DNA from: Nitrosopumilus sp.
GTDB lineage: Archaea; Thermoproteota; Nitrososphaeria; Nitrososphaerales; Nitrosopumilaceae
Assembly (NCBI GenBank): GCA_965223425.1
Contig: OZ245003.1
Location: forward strand, 2,208,001 to 2,272,000
Direction of reading: 5' to 3'
Length of the DNA stretch: 64,000 nucleotides
Positions 58,157 through 64,000 of the stretch are shown in pieces. The notes under the pieces are model-generated. The model searched no databases. It saw only the letters and a program-made list of their open reading frames with translations, and was not told where the DNA came from. How positions within the stretch are numbered: the first letter of the stretch is position 1; every line of letters begins with the position of its first letter. Both the position numbers and the translations under genes were made by a program.

Positions 58157-58768
58157 TTGGCACGCAGAAAAGGTCGAGTAAAAGACAAGTGGAGAGAAAA
58201 ACGCTGGGTTACAGTAAATGCCCCAGACTCGTTTAACAGCGTTCCAATTGCTTATGTTCCAATTACCAGTGATGAAAATGCACAAGGCAGAATTATCGAG
58301 GTAACGCTTTACGACATTCTAAAAGGAGATCCTTCACAACATCAATACAAAATTTACTTCCAAATTGACAATGTTGATGGAGAAAAGGCATCAACAATTT
58401 TCAAAAGATTCGAATACTCGAAAGAATTTTTGCGTAGTCTGGTCAGGCGTGGCTCGTCAAAAATTAGTTTTATTATCGACATCAAAACAAAGGACGGGTA
58501 TGTCTTCAGAATTAAAGTGATTGCCCTAACACACAGACAGCTGAACACGTCTAGAAAACACGCTCTTAGACTACTTGCAAGGGATGTAATCAACAAGACA
58601 GTTCCAGAGATGACAGTTGAACAGTTTGTACAGGCTACTTGCTACAGCAAGATCAATTCAGACATCATGGCAGCGTTCAAGAAAGTGATCAGAGTAAGAC
58701 ACGTGGGCCTTGAGAAGGTAAAACTCATCAGAACCGCAGAGAAGGAAACAGTACTGCTTGAAGCATAG
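58157..58768 (+). CDS. rps3ae: 30S ribosomal protein S3Ae
   Basis: KDKWREKRW, GRIIEVTLYD, RSLVRRGSSKI. Confidence 0.95.
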   Translation: MARRKGRVKDKWREKRWVTVNAPDSFNSVPIAYVPITSDENAQGRIIEVTLYDILKGDPSQHQYKIYFQIDNVDGEKASTIFKRFEYSKEFLRSLVRRGSSKISFIIDIKTKDGYVFRIKVIALTHRQLNTSRKHALRLLARDVINKTVPEMTVEQFVQATCYSKINSDIMAAFKKVIRVRHVGLEKVKLIRTAEKETVLLEA

Positions 58769-58793
58769 ATAACAAAATCATTATTTTACAATC

Positions 58794-59222
58794 ATGTTTG
58801 ACAAGATAGAAGTGACAATCGGCGTAATCGTTCATGCAACTGAAGATATTTCAAAAATATTCCAATCTTTTGACGAAACCTTAGAGATTAAGGAAGAAAT
58901 TTTTGCAGTTCGGGAGACTAGAGGACATTTTGATAACCCAATAACTGTGTTAAATGCCAAAATTGTAAAAAAAGAGGCTCGGAATTTTCTGAAAAAACTT
59001 CTTGGATCGTTATCTGATGAGCAAATCAGTAAGCTAATTGAAGAAATTGATGAGCGTACGGTAGATTCGAGATTTCACATGAGACTGGACAAACAAGAGC
59101 TAATCAAAGGAAATCTCGTATTTGGAGAAAAAGACACAGTAAAATTAAAAATTCACACCCCGATTTACAACAAAAAAGACACAGTCAAAGCATTTACAGA
59201 AATTTTTCAAATTGCCAACTAG
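58794..59222 (+). CDS. DUF54 family RNA-binding protein
   Basis: VHATED, GHFDNPI, RLDKQ. Confidence 0.85.
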   Translation: MFDKIEVTIGVIVHATEDISKIFQSFDETLEIKEEIFAVRETRGHFDNPITVLNAKIVKKEARNFLKKLLGSLSDEQISKLIEEIDERTVDSRFHMRLDKQELIKGNLVFGEKDTVKLKIHTPIYNKKDTVKAFTEIFQIAN

Positions 59223-59252
59223 ATTAAATAGGAATAACAGAACTGTCCAATT

Positions 59253-59323
59253 TGGGAATGAGGAAATAACAGCCGCTCCAGTCTGAGCAAAAGCTATGAG
59301 GACGCCGCGACGAACCGACCCCA
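59253..59323 (+). ncRNA. candidate box C/D guide sRNA
   Basis: TGGG...CCCA terminal stem; C-like ATGAGGA, D' CTGA, C'-like ATGAGGA, D-like CCGA; ATTAAATA box upstream and T-run downstream. Confidence 0.65.
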
Positions 59324-59410
59324 TTTTTGAATCGATCGCAAAATTTTGTTACAGGTTCCTACATCTTGTCATGGTATTATTTTAAATACGGATAGACGAA
59401 CCTGATTATC

Positions 59411-60868
59411 GTGACAGATTATGATGTTATAGTTGCCGGAGGAGGTCTTGCAGGTACCATCACAGCACAGGCAATTTCCCATTATTCAAATCAAAATTTA
59501 AAGATCTTAATCGTTGACAGAAATCCAGAGTTTTTACCCGGCAGAAAATCATTAGCGGGTTGGGTATGTGGTGATGCGTGTTCCAAAGAGGCAGTGGATT
59601 TTATGTCAGATGGAATTAAAGTGGAATGGACTAGGCCAGAAATCGAGCATGATGTAAAAGGAGTTATGGCACTTTCGCCAGATAGGGAAACTGCAATTCC
59701 GTTTGACGGGGCAGGATACATGCTGAACCGTCAGAAACTTCCAGAAATTCAAAATGAGCGATGCAGGAAAGCAGGGATTGAGTTTGAGTTTGAGATAAAT
59801 CTTACAGGCTTGATTTACGAAGGTCAGCAAGCAGCCGGGGTTCAAGGAGTTGACAACAAAACAAAACAGCCTTTTAAGAAAACGGCAAGGCTTGTTGTTG
59901 ACGCAACAGGGGTAACATCCGTACTTAGAAATGGACTTCAAAACTCTACCAAGGTGGAAAAAAGAATAGACAGACGAGATCTGGAATCTACTGGCAGGCA
60001 CATCATGTATTTTGATCAGGGGGAAAAAGATCTTTCAGAATTTGATCCGGATTACTGCATAATCCATTTAGACCAGGACATTGCACCTGGCGGATATGGA
60101 TGGGTATTTCCTAAAGCAGACAACAAGGTCAACATCGGTTTAGGGGTTGAAAAATCACTTTTAGAAAGGCGGAACAAAAGACTGGGTAAAAAAGACAACG
60201 TTCAGTCACTGATGGAGGAATATCTTGTCAGAAACAGGGCAATCAGGAATGCAAGGTTATCAGAAGATCCAGAAGACATCAACAACAACTCTGGAGTTTT
60301 CCAAGTTTCAGTAAGAAGACAGAACGACTGCATGGTATCAGGAGGATACATGTTAGTTGGAGATTCTGCATGGATGCCAAAACCAATTGATGCAGGCGGG
60401 ATAGGACCGGCATTAATTGCAGGGACAATTATTGGAAACAACATATCTCAAGCGTTTGAAGCAAACGATGTTTCAGAGGCAGGCCTTTGGCAATACAACC
60501 TTGATTTCATCAGAGAGTACGGATACAAAACTGCAGGTCTTGAGCTTTTTAGAAGGCTGGTGCAGCAAATGAGCAATGAGCAGATTAGTTACGGAATGAA
60601 ACACTTTTTGGGAAATCTTGATGTTGAGTCAATCAGCAAGGGTGAGCATCCTGACTTTTCTGGTTTGGGTAAGATTGGAATGATCATCAGAGGTGCAATG
60701 AACAAAACAGTGGCAGATGGCCTCAGATTTACATCAAAAGAGAACCAATGGCTGGTAGAACATTACAACAGTTATCCAAAAAACCCCTCGGGTTTTGATG
60801 AATGGAACAAGACGCTGCATCAAAGAATGGACGCAGCGTTTGCAAAAGTAGAGGCGTTTGGAGATTAG
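59411..60868 (+). CDS. geranylgeranyl-reductase-family FAD oxidoreductase
   Basis: GGGLAG, PGGYGWVFPK, VGDSAWMPKPIDAGGI. Confidence 0.88.
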   Translation: MTDYDVIVAGGGLAGTITAQAISHYSNQNLKILIVDRNPEFLPGRKSLAGWVCGDACSKEAVDFMSDGIKVEWTRPEIEHDVKGVMALSPDRETAIPFDGAGYMLNRQKLPEIQNERCRKAGIEFEFEINLTGLIYEGQQAAGVQGVDNKTKQPFKKTARLVVDATGVTSVLRNGLQNSTKVEKRIDRRDLESTGRHIMYFDQGEKDLSEFDPDYCIIHLDQDIAPGGYGWVFPKADNKVNIGLGVEKSLLERRNKRLGKKDNVQSLMEEYLVRNRAIRNARLSEDPEDINNNSGVFQVSVRRQNDCMVSGGYMLVGDSAWMPKPIDAGGIGPALIAGTIIGNNISQAFEANDVSEAGLWQYNLDFIREYGYKTAGLELFRRLVQQMSNEQISYGMKHFLGNLDVESISKGEHPDFSGLGKIGMIIRGAMNKTVADGLRFTSKENQWLVEHYNSYPKNPSGFDEWNKTLHQRMDAAFAKVEAFGD

Positions 60869-60908
60869 ATCTAATATTAAATATTGTTGAAATCCATCAA
60901 AACATACT

Positions 60909-61703
60909 TTGGAAGAGGCACAATACCTGGATTGGAACAATTCAATTGAAATTCTAAACAAGGCATACAAAGCAGGTCTTTTTGTACTCATTATAGGGCC
61001 AAAGGGGACCGGAAAGACCTCCCTGGTCAGGGATTTTGCAAAAAACAAGAATGCAAACCTAGAATCCATTAATTTTAGCCTCAGAACCAGAGAGAGTCAT
61101 CTGGTTGGAACAAAAACAATGAGGGACGGAACTGTTAGTTTTGATGAAGGGCTTTTGATAAAATCGATGAGAGAGGGAGACATGCTTTACTTGGATGAGA
61201 TTAATTCAGCAGAAGCAGATGTTTTGCTTAGACTGGATGAGGCACTAGATGATAGGCGGCAGATTGCACTAAAAGAATCAGCAGGGGAGATGATCAATGC
61301 AAAAGAAAATTGGTTTGTAGTTGCAACGATAAATCCATTAACACATAGCGGTACAAAGGAGCTTCCGCCACAGATACTGAGCAGGTTTCCAGTACGAATT
61401 AGGTTAGAATATCCGCCAGAGGACATAGAATTGGAAATTGTAAAAAAGCATGTTGCCGGAGAGTGCGAAGCAGAAATCACCCAAGCAATAAAACTGGCAA
61501 ACATACTAAGACAGGCTGCCGCAGTTGAGGAGCTGTTTTACTCTCCTAGCTTGAGGGAAACCATCGCATTTGGAAAATTACTGGACAAAGGAATGAGTGC
61601 AAAGGACGCGGCAAATTTTGTTTTTGGAAATGTTTACACGCAGTGGGGGAACATAGAATATCAAAAGGTAAGCGACATCATCACGTCCATGTTTGGTAGT
61701 TAA
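60909..61703 (+). CDS. MoxR AAA+ ATPase (CbbQ/NirQ/NorQ-like)
   Basis: GPKGTGKT, LYLDEIN, ATINP, LSRF. Confidence 0.9.
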   Translation: MEEAQYLDWNNSIEILNKAYKAGLFVLIIGPKGTGKTSLVRDFAKNKNANLESINFSLRTRESHLVGTKTMRDGTVSFDEGLLIKSMREGDMLYLDEINSAEADVLLRLDEALDDRRQIALKESAGEMINAKENWFVVATINPLTHSGTKELPPQILSRFPVRIRLEYPPEDIELEIVKKHVAGECEAEITQAIKLANILRQAAAVEELFYSPSLRETIAFGKLLDKGMSAKDAANFVFGNVYTQWGNIEYQKVSDIITSMFGS

Positions 61704-63266
61704 ATGCAGGCAATCCAACTTCAAAACGAATCCTTGGTAGAAATTGCCACCTTTCTTGTAAGAAGGTGGTCTGAAAAAGACAAAATGATCGTTGAGGTTT
61801 CAGACAAGATGGAAACAAAAACAAGGCTAAACGAAAACAAGGTTATCCTAACACCGCTTGAGAAAAGAATCGGGAACAACTTTCAGAAATACCGCCAGTT
61901 TAGAACATCGCTGTGGTACGAAGCAATGAGGGTAAGATTTTGTAAGAGGATTCTCAGCAACGATCATGCGTTTGGGTTCATTCTCAACACCATGGAGACG
62001 CAAAGAGTTGAGCAATTAGGCAGGAAGATATGGAAGGGAATGGACGATGAGATCATCTTCAACTATGCCTACATGCTTGTGGCAAGACCACAACTCCACA
62101 CGGTTTATGGAAAGGCAAGAATCGTAGAGGCATTTTATCAGTATTTTATGTTCGGTGCAATCAAGGGTGAGATCCAATCCAGTCATTTTGAAAAAATAAA
62201 AAAAGCAGCGCTATTTGCAAAAAAAAGTGTCAGGAAGGCAATTGATGAGAGTCATGACACTGATTGGCTTGAAAAAAACGTAAGTGAGATAGTCAAAATT
62301 TTGGATATTGACTCACTTCTTACAATACCAGTGTCCCTGCCTTTTATGAAAGCAGGAATGGCAATGTCTGAAGAAGAGCTGTTAAAAATTTTAAAAGTAA
62401 TTTCTAAAAACAAAGAGGGCGATTTTGGTTCAGTTGATCCTGATGCAATATCAAGAGGAGAAAATGTCTATGACGAATACAAAGTATTGCTTGATGAAAA
62501 CAAAAAAATGGAAAACAAGGGGTTGGCCCCAGAAGCAATAGGAATACGAACCCCTTCCACAAAAAATGTTAATGAGACAGCAATCTACGACATGGGCCTG
62601 ATCAACGGGTTAAAAATGAAATTTAAGGAATGGAAATCAGGTTGGAAAGAACAGCACATGAGATCCGGAGAGGAGTTTGATGAGGAAAGCTACATCGAGG
62701 GTCATGAGCCATTTTTTACAGATATAAAAAAATCCATTAAAACTAAAATTGTAATACTGCTGGATCATTCATCAAGTATCGCATCAGATGCTCTAGAATA
62801 CAAAAAAGCCACTCTAGCACTTTGCGAGGTTTTATCTTATCTCAAAGTAAAGTTTGCAGTGTATGCATTTAGCACTCAAGACAGAGCGGTAATTTGCTGG
62901 TCTATAAAACCAGATAACATAAAATGGAACAGCGTTACTGCAAAAAGGTTAGCACAGGTTGTTGCCAACGGTTCGACCCCGCTAGCAGAAGTATACGACA
63001 AAATGTTTCCAATTTTGCAGTCAAAAAGGCCGGATATTTTTTTGACATTGACAGACGGCGAGCCATCAGATCCGGATGCGGTAAGAAATACGACAAAGGC
63101 CCTCAAGAGGCTAGGAATCAGCATGGTAGCCTTGGGTTTGGGGCCAAATACAATAAGGGCCACCACCATAGCAAACAATCTGAAACACCTGGGATACGAA
63201 AAAACCATGGCAGTAAGCAGGCTAAAGGATATTCCAAGTAAAGTAATCCGTATTTTAGAAAAATAG
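61704..63266 (+). CDS. von Willebrand factor A domain protein (MoxR partner)
   Basis: MIDAS LLDHSSSI, GSTP, LTDGEP. Confidence 0.9.
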   Translation: MQAIQLQNESLVEIATFLVRRWSEKDKMIVEVSDKMETKTRLNENKVILTPLEKRIGNNFQKYRQFRTSLWYEAMRVRFCKRILSNDHAFGFILNTMETQRVEQLGRKIWKGMDDEIIFNYAYMLVARPQLHTVYGKARIVEAFYQYFMFGAIKGEIQSSHFEKIKKAALFAKKSVRKAIDESHDTDWLEKNVSEIVKILDIDSLLTIPVSLPFMKAGMAMSEEELLKILKVISKNKEGDFGSVDPDAISRGENVYDEYKVLLDENKKMENKGLAPEAIGIRTPSTKNVNETAIYDMGLINGLKMKFKEWKSGWKEQHMRSGEEFDEESYIEGHEPFFTDIKKSIKTKIVILLDHSSSIASDALEYKKATLALCEVLSYLKVKFAVYAFSTQDRAVICWSIKPDNIKWNSVTAKRLAQVVANGSTPLAEVYDKMFPILQSKRPDIFLTLTDGEPSDPDAVRNTTKALKRLGISMVALGLGPNTIRATTIANNLKHLGYEKTMAVSRLKDIPSKVIRILEK

Positions 63267-63332
63267 GTTTTCAGCAGCGCACCATCAGGATATTTTATAT
63301 GAGCAAAAAATTGATGGCATACAGAGAAGAAC

Positions 63333-64000
63333 ATGTCAGAAACTGATGTTGACAAGCCCCTGCTTGAGAAATTTGAACGGGGGATTTGGAGCAAAGTTCC
63401 ACATCTGGAGGGAGGCAAAGTAGTAGTCAATGCAACACCTCTCACTGATCTTACATCTGATCTAAAAGAATGTGCAAAAAATCTCTACAAATTAGATATT
63501 TCGGGTTTGGACTTGAAAGTGTATGGAAAATTTGATGCCAGCTTGGTATCAGGTTCAATCAAAGTTAGGCCTGCCATTTACATCATGCATGATGCAATTA
63601 AAACGGGAAAATTGAAGAGCAACCAAACAATTATTGAGGCAACATCAGGTAACTTTGGAATTGCCCTTGGACAGATGTCAAAACTCGGATTGACTGTAGT
63701 CTCACTTGTTTCAAGGAAATTGCAGGAAGGGGTCTTCAAAGAATTAAGAAATGAGAATATTCGCATCATGGATCTTGACATGGATATCTGTCCCGCTCCT
63801 GGAATGAAAGATGCTGATGCTGATGCGTTAAAAGCAAAAGCAACTGCCGGAAACATACGCTCTCAGTTAGCTGAGCTAGGTTTTGATCCTACAAAATTTG
63901 ACGAGTCCATCGAGGAAATTCAGGAACTGCTGGCAGCAGAGGACATTATCAACCTGGCAAAACTAATTGCAAAAATTTACGGCTGTTTCTGTCCGGAACA
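63333..64000 (+). CDS. PLP-dependent cysteine-synthase-like enzyme, 5' part (runs off window end)
   Basis: Manual translation: NATPLTDL, SGSIKVRPA, IIEATSGNFGIAL. Confidence 0.85.
   Translation, partial: MSETDVDKPLLEKFERGIWSKVPHLEGGKVVVNATPLTDLTSDLKECAKNLYKLDISGLDLKVYGKFDASLVSGSIKVRPAIYIMHDAIKTGKLKSNQTIIEATSGNFGIALGQMSKLGLTVVSLVSRKLQEGVFKELRNENIRIMDLDMDICPAPGMKDADADALKAKATAGNIRSQLAELGFDPTKFDESIEEIQELLAAEDIINLAKLIAKIYGCFCPE

Noticed and set aside
60909-63266. MoxR-vWA pair as a novel system
   Set aside because: Well-known chaperone module with host-like composition in core context.

Overview
Chromosomal segment of an ammonia-oxidising archaeon of the Nitrosopumilus type (Nitrosopumilaceae). 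The AT-rich core carries rps11 (3' end), rtcB, purB, queD, valS, pdxTS, aconitase, pheST, trpS, coaD, dam, the amoA-amoX-amoC/amoB cluster with probable amoY/amoZ, rps15-DHH-pcc1-serS, rps3Ae, a GGR-family reductase and a MoxR/vWA pair. There are five tRNAs (Trp and Leu each with two introns), one candidate two-hairpin H/ACA guide RNA and one candidate box C/D RNA. Accessory DNA is abundant. (i) A small module between rtcB and purB is bracketed by two 26-28 bp dif-like palindromes. (ii) A visibly GC-rich ~10.6 kb island between valS and pdxT encodes a 2872-aa LVIVD/Ig-like/PKD surface protein. (iii) A ~1.9 kb tRNA-Thr islet has att repeats, an apparent SSV-type split-integrase relic and a Doc-like gene. 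(iv) An 8.4 kb island between serS and rps3Ae is flanked by an 11-bp direct repeat and holds a DUF3800 gene with structured flanks, a shattered SDH/ClpP-fold protease and nested IS elements. Five IS630-family copies are present. The three copies of one element appear to duplicate CG rather than the canonical TA. All calls come from reading the sequence; no database searches were run.
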